Assembly (NCBI GenBank): GCA_964016885.1
Contig: OZ024744.1
Span: 114,948,001 to 115,012,000, forward strand
Length of the DNA: 64,000 nucleotides
Origin: Eledone cirrhosa
Taxonomy: Eukaryota
Direction: 5' to 3'
In this document: positions 50,601 through 62,600 of the stretch, piece by piece
Position numbering within the stretch: the stretch's first letter is position 1
Layout: each line of letters opens with the position of its first letter
Position numbers and translations under genes: made by a program
Notes under the pieces: model-generated
What the model saw: the letters and a program-made list of their open reading frames with translations, nothing else
Told to the model about the DNA's origin: nothing
Database searches by the model: none

Positions 50601-53600
50601 GTCTGACTTGTCGCTGTTGCTGCTGCGGTTGGTGTTGTCATCATTTCTGTTGTCTGACTTGTCGCTGTTGCTGCTGTGGCTGGTGTTGTCGTCATTTCTG
50701 TTGTCTGACTTGTCGCTGTTGTTGCTGCGGTTGGTGTTGTCATCATTTCTGTTGTCTGACTTGTCGCTGTTGCTGCTGCGGTTGGTGTTGTCATTGTTTC
50801 TGTTGTCTGACTTGTCGCTGTTGCTGCTGCGGTTGGTGTTGTCATCATTTCTGTTGTCTGACTTGTCGCTGTTGCTGCTGCGGTTGGTGTTGTCATTGTT
50901 TCTGTTGTCTGACTTGTCGCTGTTGCTGCTGCGGTTGGTGTTGTCATTGTTTCTGTTGTCTGACTTGTCGCTGTTGCTGCTGCGGTTGGTGTTGTCATTG
51001 TTTCTGTTGTCTGAGTTGTCGCTGTTGCTGCTGCGGTTGGTGTTGTCATCATTTCTGTTGTCTGACCTGTCGCTGTTGCTGCTGCGGTTGGTGTTGTCAT
51101 CATTTCTGTTGTCTGACTTGTCGCTGTTGCTGCTGCGGTTGGTGTTGCCATTGTTTCTGTTGTCTGACTTGTCGCTGTTGATGCTGCGGTTGGTGTTGTC
51201 ATTGTTTCTGTTGTCTGTCTTGTCGCTGTTGCTGCTGCGGTTGGTGTTGTCATCATTTCTGTTGTCTGACTTGTCGCTGTTGCTGCTGCGGTTGGTGTTG
51301 TCATTGTTTCTGTTGTCTGACCTGTCGCTGTTGCTGCTGCGGTTGGTGTTGTCGTCATTTCTGTTGTCTGACTTGTCGCTGTTGTTGCTGCGGTTGGTGT
51401 TGTCATCATTTCTGTTGTCTGACTTGTCGCTGTTGCTGCTGCGGTTGGTGTTGTCATCATTTCTGTTGTCTGACTTGTCGCTGTTGCTGCTGCGGTTGGT
51501 GTTGTCATCGTTTCTGTTGTCTGACTTGTCGCTGTTGCTGCTGCGGTTGGTGTTGTCATTGTTTCTGTTGTCTGTCTTGTCGCTGTTGCTGCTGCAGTTG
51601 GTGTTGTCATCATTTCTGTTGTCTGACTTGTTGCTGTTGCTGCTGCAGTTGGTGTTGTCATCATTTCTGTTGTCTGACTTGTCGCTGTTGCTGCTGCGGT
51701 TGGTGTTGTCATTGTTTCTGTTGTCTGTCTTGTCGCTGTTGCTGCTGCAGTTGGTGTTGTCATCATTTCTGTTGTCTGACTTGTCGCTGTTGCTGCTGCA
51801 GTTGGTGTTGTCATCATTTCTGTTGTCTGACTTGTCGCTGTTGCTGCTGCGGTTGGTGTTGTCATCATTTCTGTTGTCTGACTTGTCGCTGTTGCTGCTG
51901 CGGTTGGTGTTGTCATCATTTCTGTTGTCTGACTTGTCGCTGTTGCTGCTGCGGTTGGTGTTGTCATCGTTTCTGTTGTCTGACTTGTCGCTGTTGCTGC
52001 TGCGGTTGGTGTTGTCATTGTTTCTGTTGTCTGACTTGTCGCTGTTGCTGCTGCGGTTGGTGTTGTCATTGTTTCTGTTGTCTGACCTGTCGCTGTTGCT
52101 GCTGCGGTTGGTGTTGTCATCATTTCTGTTGTCTGTCTTGTCGCTGTTGCTGCTGCGGTTGGTGTTGTCATCATTTCTGTTGTCTGTCTTGTCGCTGTTG
52201 CTGCTGCGGTTGGTGTTGTCATCGTTTCTGTTGTCTGACTTGTCGCTGTTGCTGCTGCGGTTGGTGTTGTCATCATTTCTGTTGTCTGACTTGTCGCTGT
52301 TGCAGCTGCGGTTGGTGTTGTCATCATTTCTGTTGTCTGACTTGTCGCTGTTGCTGCTGCGGTTGGTGTTGTCTTCATTTCTGTTGTCTGACTTGTCGCT
52401 GTTGCTGCTGCGGTTGGTGTTGTCATTGTTTCTGTTGTCTGACTTGTCGCTGTTGCTGCTGCGGTTGGTGTTGTCATCATTTCTGTTGTCTGACTTGTCG
52501 CTGTTGCTGATGCGGTTGGTATTGTCATCATTTCTGTTGTCTGACTTGTCGCTGTTGCTGCTGCGGTTGGTGTTGTCATCATTTCTGTTGTCTGACCTGT
52601 CGCTGTTGCTGCTGCGGTTGGTGTTGTCATTGTTTCTGTTGTCTGTCTTGTCGCTGTTGCTGCTGCGGTTGGTGTTGTCATCATTTCTGTTGTCTGACTT
52701 GTCGCTGTTGCTGCTGCGGTTGGTGTTGTCATTGTTTCTGTTGTCTGACTTGTCGCTGTTGCTGCTGCGGTTGGTGTTGTCATCATTTCTGTTGTCTGTC
52801 TTGTCGCTGTTGCTGCTGCGGTTGGTGTTGTCATCATTTCTGTTGTCTGACTTGTCGCTGTTGCTGCTGCGGTTGGTGTTGTCATCATTTCTGTTGTCTG
52901 ACTTGTCGCTGTTGCTGCTGCGGTTGGTGTTGTCATCATTTCTGTTGTCTGACCTGTCGCTGTTGCTGCTGTGGTTGGTGTTGTCATTGTTTCTGTTGTC
53001 TGACTTGTCGCTGTTGCTGCTGCGGTTGGTGTTGTCATCATTTCTGTTGTCTGACTTGTCGCTGTTGCTGCTGCGGTTGGTGTTGTCATTGTTTCTGTTG
53101 TCTGACCTGTCGCTGTTGCTGCTGTGGTTGGTGTTGTCATTGTTTCTGTTGTCTGACTTGTCGCTGTTGCTGCTGCGGTTGGTGTTGTCATCATTTCTGT
53201 TGTCTGACTTGTCGCTGTTGCTGCTGCGGTTGGTGTTGTCATTGTTTCTGTTGTCTGACTTGTCGCTGTTGCTGCTGCGGTTGGTGTTGTCATCATTTCT
53301 GTTGTCTGACTTGTCGCTGTTGCTGCTGCGGTTGGTGTTGTCATTGTTTCTGTTGTCTGACTTGTCGCTGTTGCTGCTGCGGTTGGTGTTGTCATTGTTT
53401 CTGTTGTCTGACTTGTCGCTGTTGCTGCTGCGGTTGGTGTTGTCATCATTTCTGTTGTCTGTCTTGTCGCTGTTGCTGCTGCGGTTGGTGTTGTCATCAT
53501 TTCTGTTGTCTGACTTGTCGCTGTTGCTGCTGCGGTTGGTGTTGTCATTGTTTCTGTTGTCTGACTTGTCGCTGTTGCTGCTGCGGTTGGTGTTGTCATC

Positions 53601-56600
53601 ATTTCTGTTGTCTGACTTGTCGCTGTTGCTGCTGCGGTTGGTGTTGTCATCATTTCTGTTGTCTGACTTGTCGCTGTTGCTGCTGCGGTTGGTGTTGTCA
53701 TCATTTCTGTTGTCTGACTTGTCGCTGTTGCTGCTGCGGTTGGTGTTGTCATCATTTCTGTTGTGTGACTTGTCGCTGTTACTGCTGCGGTTGGTGTTGT
53801 CATCATTTCTGTTGTCTGACTTGTCGCTGTTACTGCTGCGGTTGGTGTTGTCATCATTTCTGTTGTCTGTCTTGTCGCTGTTGCTGCTGCGGTTGGTGTT
53901 GTCATCATTTCTGTTGTCTGACTTGTCACTGTTACTGCTGCGGTTGGTGTTGTCATCATTTCTGTTGTCTGACTTGTCGCTGTTGCTGCTGCGGTTGGTG
54001 TTGTCATTGTTTCTGTTGTCTGACTTGTCGCTGTTGCTGCTGCGGTTGGTGTTGTCATCATTTCTGTTGTCTGACTTGTCGCTGTTGCTGCTGCGGTTGG
54101 TGTTGTCATCATTTCTGTTGTCTGACTTGTCGCTGTTGCTGCTGCGGTTGGTGTTGTCATCATTTCTGTTGTCTGACTTGTCGCTGTTGCTGCTGCGGTT
54201 GGTGTTGTCATTGTTTCTGTTGTCTGACTTGTCGCTGTTGCTGCTGCGGTTGGTGTTGTCATCATTTCTGTTGTCTGACTTGTCGCTGTTGCTGCTGCAG
54301 TTGGTGTTGTCATCATTTCTGTTGTCTGACTTGTCGCTGTTGCTGCTGCAGTTGGTGTTGTCATCATTTCTGTTGTCTGTCTTGTCGCTGTTGCTGCTGC
54401 GGTTGGTGTTGTCATTGTTTCTGTTGTCTGACTTGTCGCTGTTGCTGCTGCGGTTGGTGTTGTCGTCATTTCTGTTGTCTGACTTGTCGCTGTTGCTGCT
54501 GCGGTTGGTGTTGTCATTGTTTCTGTTGTCTGTCTTGTCGCTGTTGCTGCTGCAGTTGGTGTTGTCATCATTTCTGTTGTCTGACTTGTCGCTGTTGCTG
54601 CTGCGGTTGGTGTTGTCATTGTTTCTGTTGTCTGACCTGTCGCTGTTGCTGCTGCGGTTGGTGTTGTCATCATTTCTGTTGTCTGACTTGTCGCTGTTGC
54701 TGCTGCGGTTGGTGTTGTCATCATTTCTGTTGTCTGACTTGTCGCTGTTGCTGCTGCAGTTGGTGTTGTCATCATTTCTGTTGTCTGACTTGTCGCTGTT
54801 GCTGCTGCAGTTGGTGTTGTCATCATTTCTGTTGTCTGTCTTGTCGCTGTTGCTGCTGCGGTTGGTGTTGTCATTGTTTCTGTTGTCTGACTTGTCGCTG
54901 TTGCTGCTGCGGTTGGTGTTGTCGTCATTTCTGTTGTCTGACTTGTCGCTGTTGCTGCTGCGGTTGGTGTTGTCATTGTTTCTGTTGTCTGACTTGTCGC
55001 TGTTGCTGCTGCGGTTGGTGTTGTCATCATTTCTGTTGTCTGACTTGTCGCTGTTGCTGCTGCAGTTGGTGTTGTCATCATTTCTGTTGTCTGACTTGTC
55101 GCTGTTGCTGCTGCAGTTGGTGTTGTCATCATTTCTGTTGTCTGTCTTGTCGCTGTTGCTGCTGCGGTTGGTGTTGTCATTGTTTCTGTTGTCTGACTTG
55201 TCGCTGTTGCTGCTGCGGTTGGTGTTGTCGTCATTTCTGTTGTCTGACTTGTCGCTGTTGCTGCTGCGGTTGGTGTTGTCATTGTTTCTGTTGTCTGTCT
55301 TGTCGCTGTTGCTGCTGCAGTTGGTGTTGTCATCATTTCTGTTGTCTGACTTGTCGCTGTTGCTGCTGCGGTTGGTGTTGTCATCATTTCTGTTGTCTGA
55401 CCTGTCGCTGTTGCTGCTGCGGTTGGTGTTGTCATCATTTCTGTTGTCTGACTTGTCGCTGTTGCTGCTGCGGTTGGTGTTGTCATCATTTCTGTTGTCT
55501 GACTTGTCGCTGTTGCTGCTGCGGTTGGTGTTGTCATTGTTTCTGTTGTCTGACTTGTCGCTGTTGCTGCTGCGGTTGGTGTTGTCGTCATTTCTGTTGT
55601 CTGACTTGTCGCTGTTGCTGCTGCGGTTGGTGTTGTCATTGTTTCTGTTGTCTGTCTTGTCGCTGTTGCTGCTGCGGTTGGTGTTGTCGTCATTTCTGTT
55701 GTCTGACTTGTCGCTGTTGCTGCTGCGGTTGGTGTTGTCATCATTTCTGTTGTCTGACTTGTCGCTGTTGCTGCTGCGATTGGTGTTGTCATCATTTCTG
55801 TTGTCTGACTTGTCGCTGTTGCTGCTGCGGTTGGTGTTGTCATCATTTCTGTTGTGTGACTTGTCGCTGTTGCTGCTGCGGTTGGTGTTGTCATCATTTC
55901 TATTGTCTGACTTGTCGCTGTTACTGCTGCGGTTGGTGTTGTCATCATTTCTGTTGTCTGTCTTGTCGCTGTTGCTGCTGCGGTTGGTGTTGTCATCATT
56001 TCTGTTGTCTGACTTGTCGCTGTTGCTGCTGCGGTTGGTGTTGTCATCATTTCTGTTGTCTGACTTGTCGCTGTTGCTGCTGCGGTTGGTGTTGTCATCA
56101 TTTCTGTTGTCTGACTTGTCGCTGTTGCTGCTGCGGTTGGTGTTGTCATCATTTCTGTTGTCTGACTTGTCGCTGTTGCTGCTGCGGTTGGTGTTGTCAT
56201 CATTTCTGTTGTCTGACTTGTCGCTGTTGCTGCTGCGGTTGGTGTTGTCATCATTTCTGTTGTCTGACTTGTCGCTGTTACTGCTGCGGTTGGTGTTGTC
56301 ATCATTTCTGTTGTCTGTCTTGTCGCTGTTGCTGCTGCGGTTGGTGTTGTCATCATTTCTGTTGTCTGACTTGTCGCTGTTGCTGCTGCGGTTGGTGTTG
56401 TCATCATTTCTGTTGTCTGAGTTGTCGCTGTTGCTGCTGCGGTTGGTGTTGTCATTGTTTCTGTTGTCTGACTTGTCGCTGTTGCTGCTGCGGTTGGTGT
56501 TGTCATCATTTCTGTTGTCTGACTTGTCGCTGTTGCTGCTGCGGTTGGTGTTGTCGTCATTTCTGTTGTCTGACTTGTCACTGTTGCTGCTGCGGTTGGT

Positions 56601-59600
56601 GTTGTCATCATTTCTGTTGTCTGACTTGTCGCTGTTGCTGCTGCGGTTGGTGTTGTCGTCATTTCTGTTGTCTGACTTGTCGCTGTTGCTGCTGCGGTTG
56701 GTGTTGTCATCATTTCTGTTGTCTGACTTGTCGCTGTTGCTGCTGCGGTTGGTGTTGTCATCATTTCTGTTGTCTGACTTGTCGCTGTTGCTGCTGCGGT
56801 TGGTATTGTCATCATTTCTGTTGTCTGACTTGTCGCTATTGCTGCTGCGGTTGGTGTTGTCATTGTTTCTGTTGTCTGACTTGTCGCTGTTGCTGCTGCG
56901 GTTGGTGTTGTCATTGTTTCTGTTGTCTGTCTTGTCGCTGTTGCTGCTGCGGTTGGTGTTGTCATCATTTCTGTTGTCTGTCTTGTCGCTGTTGCTGCTG
57001 CGGTTGGTGTTGTCATTGTTTCTGTTGTCTGACTTGTCGCTGTTGCTGCTGCGGTTGGTGTTGTCATCATTTCTGTTGTCTGTCTTGTCGCTGTTGCTGC
57101 TGCGGTTGGTGTTGTCGTCATTTCTGTTGTCTGACTTGTCGCTGTTGCTGCTGCGGTTGGTGTTGTCATCATTTCTGTTGTCTGACTTGTCGCTGTTGCT
57201 GCTGCGGTTGGTGTTGTCATCGTTTCTGTTGTCTGACTTGTCGCTGTCGCTGCTGCGGTTGGTGTTGTCATCATTTCTGTTGTCTGACTTGTCGCTGTTG
57301 CTGCTGCGGTTGGTGTTGTCATTGTCTCTGTTGTCTGACTTGTCACTGTTGCTGCTGCGGTTGGTGTTGTCATCATTTCTGTTGTCTGACTTGTCGCTGT
57401 TGCTGCTGCAGTTGGTGTTGTCATTGTTTCTGTTGTCTGTCTTGTCGCTGTTGCTGCTGCGGTTGGTGTTGTCATTGTTTCTGTTGTCTGACTTGTCGCT
57501 GTTGCTGCTGCGGTTGGTGTTGTCATTGTTTCTGTTGTCTGACCTGTCGCTGTTGCTGCTGCGGTTGGTGTTGTCATCATTTCTGTTGTCTGTCTTGTCG
57601 CTGTTGCTGCTGCGGTTGGTGTTGTCATTGTTTCTGTTGTCTGTCTTGTCGCTGTTGCTGCTGTGGTTGGTGTTGTCATCATTTCTGTTGTCTGACTTGT
57701 CGCTGTTGCTGCTGCGGTTGGTGTTGTCATCATTTCTGTTGTCTGACTTGTCGCTGTTGCTGCTGCGGTTGGTGTTGTCATCATTTCTGTTGTCTGACTT
57801 GTCGCTGTTGCTGCTGTGGTTGGTGTTGTCATTGTTTCTGTTGTCTGACCTGTCGCTGTTGTTGCTGCGGTTGGTGTTGTCATCATTTCTGTTGTCTGAC
57901 TTGTCGCTGTTGCTGCTGCGGTTGGTGTTGTCATCATTTCTGTTGTCTGTCTTGTCGCTGTTGCTGCTGCGGTTGGTGTTGTCATCATTTCTGTTGTCTG
58001 TCTTGTCGCTGTTGCTGCTGCGGTTGGTGTTGTCATCATTTCTGTTGTCTGTCTTGTCGCTGTTGCTGCTGCGGTTGGTGTTGTCATCATTTCTGTTGTC
58101 TGTCTTGTCGCTGTTGCTGCTGCGGTTGGTGTTGTCATCATTTCTGTTGTCTGTCTTGTCGCTGTTGCTGCTGCGGTTGGTGTTGTCATCATTTCTGTTG
58201 TCTGTCTTGTCGCTGTTGCTGCTGCGGTTGGTGTTGTCATCATTTCTGTTGTCTGAGTTGTCGCTGTTGCTGCTGCGGTTGGTGTTGTCATCATTTCTGT
58301 TGTCTGACTTGTCGCTGTTACTGCTGCGGTTGGTGTTGTCATCATTTCTGTTGTCTGTCTTGTCGCTGTTGCTGCTGCGGTTGGTGTTGTCATCATTTCT
58401 GTTGTCTGACTTGTCGCTGTTGCTGCTGCGGTTGGTGTTGTCATCATTTCTGTTGTCTGACTTGTCGCTGTTGCTGCTGCGGTTGGTGTTGTCATCATTT
58501 CTGTTGTCTGACTTGTCGCTGTTGCTGCTGCGGTTGGTGTTGTCATCATTTCTGTTGTCTGACTTGTCGCTGTTGCTGCTGCGGTTGGTGTTGTCATTGT
58601 TTCTGTTGTCTGACTTGTCGCTGTTGCTGCTGCGGTTGGTGTTGTCATCATTTCTGTTGTCTGACTTGTCGCTGTTGCTGCTGCGGTTGGTGTTGTCGTC
58701 ATTTCTGTTGTCTGACTTGTCGCTGTTGCTGCTGCGGTTGGTGTTGTCATCATTTCTGTTGTCTGACTTGTCGCTGTTGCTGCTGCGGTTGGTGTTGTCG
58801 TCATTTCAGTTGTCTGACTTGTCGCTGTTGCTGCTGCGGTTGGTGTTGTCATCATTTCTGTTGTCTGACTTGTCGCTGTTGCTGCTGCGGTTGGTGTTGT
58901 CATCATTTCTGTTGTCTGACTTGTCGCTGTTGCTGCTGCGGTTGGTATTGTCATCATTTCTGTTGTCTGACTTGTCGCTGTTGCTGCTGCGGTTGGTGTT
59001 GTCATTGTTTCTGTTGTCTGACTTGTCGCTGTTGCTGCTGCGGTTGGTGTTGTCATTGTTTCTGTTGTCTGACTTGTCGCTGTTGCTGCTGCGGTTGGTG
59101 TTGTCATTGTTTCTGTTGTCTGTCTTGTCGCTGTTGCTGCTGCGGTTGGTGTTGTCATTGTTTCTGTTGTCTGACTTGTCGCTGTTGCTGCTTCGGTTGG
59201 TGTTGTCATCATTTCTGTTGTCTGACTTGTCGCTGTTGCTGCTGCGGTTGGTGTTGTCGTCATTTCTGTTGTCTGACTTGTCGCTGTTGCTGCTGCGGTT
59301 GGTGTTGTCATCATTTCTGTTGTCTGACTTGTCGCTGTTGCTGCTGCGGTTGGTGTTGTCATCATTTCTGTTGTCTGACTTGTCGCTGTTGCTGCTGCGG
59401 TTGGTGTTGTCATCGTTTCTGTTGTCTGACTTGTCGCTGTCGCTGCTGCGGTTGGTGTTGTCATTGTTTCTGTTGTCTGTCTTGTCGCTGTTGCTGCTGT
59501 GGTTGGTGTTGTCATCATTTCTGTTGTCTGACTTGTCGCTGTTGCTGCTGCGGTTGGTGTTGTCATCATTTCTGTTGGCTGACTTGTCGCTGTTGCTGCT

Positions 59601-62600
59601 GCGGTTGGTGTTGTCATCATTTCTGTTGTCTGACTTGTCGCTGTTGCTGCTGTGGTTGGTGTTGTCATTGTTTCTGTTGTCTGACCTGTCGCTGTTGCTG
59701 CTGCGGTTGGTGTTGTCATTGTTTCTGTTGTCTGACTTGTCGCTGTTGCTGATGCGGTTGGTGTTGTCATCATTTCTGTTGTCTGTCTTGTCGCTGTTGC
59801 TGCTGTGGTTGGTGTTGTCATCATTTCTGTTGTTTGTCTTGTCGCTGTTGCTGCTGCGGTTGGTGTTGTCATTGTTTCTGTTGTCTGACTTGTCGCTGTT
59901 GCTGCTGCGGTTGGTGTTGTCATTGTTTCTGTTGTCTGACTTGTCGCTGTTGCTGCTGCGGTTGGTGTTGTCATCATTTCTGTTGTCTGACTTGTCGCTG
60001 TTGCTGCTGCGGTTGGTGTTGTCATTGTTTCTGTTGTCTGACTTGTCGCTGTTGCTGCTGCGGTTGGTGTTGTCATCATTTCTGTTGTCTGACTTGTCGC
60101 TGTTGCTGCTGCGGTTGGTGTTGTCATCATTTCTGTTGTCTGACTTGTCGCTGTTGCTGCTGCGGTTGGTGTTGTCATCATTTCTGTTGTCTGAACTGTC
60201 GCTGTTGCTGCTGCAGTTGGTGTTGTCATTGTTTCTGTTGTCTGTCTTGTCGCTGTTGCTGCTGCAGTTGGTGTTGTCATCATTTCTGTTGTCTGACTTG
60301 TCGCTGTTGCTGCTGCGGTTGGTGTTGTCATTGTTTCTGTTGTCTGTCTTGTCGCTGTTGCTGCTGCGGTTGGTGTTGTCATCATTTCTGTTGTCTGACT
60401 TGTCGCTGTTGCTGCTGCGGTTGGTGTTGTCATCATTTCTGTTGTCTGACTTGTCGCTGTTGCTGCTGCGGTTGGTGTTGTCATCATTTCTGTTGTCTGA
60501 CTTGTCGCTGTTGCTGCTGCGGTTGGTGTTGTCATCATTTCTGTTGTCTGACCTGTCGCTGTTGCTGCTGTGGTTGGTGTTGTCATTGTTTCTGTTGTCT
60601 GACCTGTCGCTGTTGTTGCTGCGGTTGGTGTTGTCATCATTTCTGTTGTCTGACTTGTCGCTGTTGCTGCTGCGGTTGGTGTTGTCATTGTTTCTGTTGT
60701 CTGACCTGTCGCTGTTGTTGCTGCGGTTGGTGTTGTCATCATTTCTGTTGTCTGACTTGTCGCTGTTGCTGCTGTGGTTGGTGTTGTCATTGTTTCTGTT
60801 GTCTGACCTGTCGCTGTTGTTGCTGCGGTTGGTGTTGTCATCATTTCTGTTGTCTGACTTGTCCCTGTTGCTGCTGCGGTTGGTGTTGTCATTGTTTCTG
60901 TTGTCTGACCTGTCGCTGTTGTTGCTGCGGTTGGTGTTGTCATCATTTCTGTTGTCTGACTTGTCGCTGTTGCTGCTGTGGTTGGTGTTGTCATTGTTTC
61001 TGTTGTCTGACCTGTCGCTGTTGTTGCTGCGGTTGGTGTTGTCATCATTTCTGTTGTCTGACTTGTCGCTGTTGCTGCTGTGGTTGGTGTTGTCATTGTT
61101 TCTGTTGTCTGACCTGTCGCTGTTGTTGCTGCGGTTGGTGTTGTCATCATTTCTGTTGTCTGACTTGTCGCTGTTGCTGCTGCGGTTGGTGTTGTCATCA
61201 TTTCTGTTGTCTGTCTTGTCGCTGTTGCTGCTGCGGTTGGTGTTGTCATCATTTCTGTTGTCTGTCTTGTCGCTGTTGCTGCTGCGGTTGGTGTTGTCAT
61301 CATTTCTGTTGTCTGAGTTGTCGCTGTTACTGCTGCGGTTGGTGTTGTCATCATTTCTGTTGTCTGACTTGTCGCTGTTGCTGCTGCGGTTGGTGTTGTC
61401 ATCATTTCTGTTGTCTGACTTGTCGCTGTTGCTGCTGCGGTTGGTGTTGTCATCATTTCTGTTGTCTGACTTGTCGCTGTTGCTGCTGCGGTTGGTGTTG
61501 TCATCATTTCTATTGTCTGACTTGTCGCTGTTGCTGCTGCGGTTGGTGTTGTCATCATTTCTGTTGTACGTCTTGTCGCTGTTGCTGCTGCGGTTGGTGT
61601 TGTCATCATTTCTGTTGTCTGACTTGTCGCTGTTGCTGCTGCGGTTGGTGTTGTCATCATTTCTGTTGTCTGACTTGTCGCTGTTGCTGCTGCGGTTGGT
61701 GTTGTCATTGTTTCTGTTGTCTGTCCTGTCGCTGTTGCTGCTGCGGTTGGTGTTGTCATCATTTCTGTTGTCTGACTTGTCGCTGTTGCTGCTGCGGTTG
61801 GTGTTGTCATCATTTCTGTTGTCTGACTTGTCGCTGTTGCTGCTGCGGTTGGTGTTGTCATCATTTCTGTTGTCTGACTTGTCGCTGTTGCTGCTGCGGT
61901 TGGTGTTGTCATTGTTTCTGTTGTCTGACTTGTCGCTGTTGCTGCTGCGGTTGGTGTTGTCATCATTTCTGTTGTCTGACTTGTCGCTGTTGCTGCTGCG
62001 GTTGGTGTTGTCATCATTTCTGTTGTCTGACTTGTCGCTGTTGCTGCTGCGGTTGGTGTTGTCATCATTTCTGTTGTCTGACCTGTCGCTGTTGCTGCTG
62101 CAGTTGGTGTTGTCATTGTTTCTGTTGTCTGTCTTGTCGCTGTTGCTGCTGTGGTTGGTGTTGTCATTGTTTCTGTTGTCTGACTTGTTGCTGTTGCTGC
62201 TGCAGTTGGTGTTGTCATTGTTTCTGTTGTCTGACCTGTCGCTGTTGCTGCTGTGGTTGGTGTTGTCATCATTTCTGTTGTCTGTCTTGTCGCTGTTGCT
62301 GCTGCGGTTGGTGTTGTCATCATTTCTGTTGTCTGACTTGTCGCTGTTGCTGCTGCGGTTGGTGTTGTCATCGTTTCTGTTGTCTGACTTGTCGCTGTTG
62401 CTGCTGCGGTTGGTGTTGTCATCATTTCTGTTGTCTGTCTTGTCGCTGTTGCTGCTGCGGTTGGTGTTGTCATCATTTCTGTTGTCTGACCTGTCGCTGT
62501 TGCTGCTGCGGTTGGTGTTGTCATCATTTCTGTTGTCTGACTTGTCGCTGTTGCTGCTGCGGTTGGTGTTGTCATCGTTTCTGTTGTCTGACTTGTCGCT

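Noticed and set aside
3335-59752. Cys-rich + strand ORFs (CRCCCCGWCCHHFCCLT)n resembling metallothionein or keratin-associated proteins
   Set aside because: A product of TGY triplets. Over 50% Cys across thousands of residues is implausible, stops are scattered, and the starts are chance variants.
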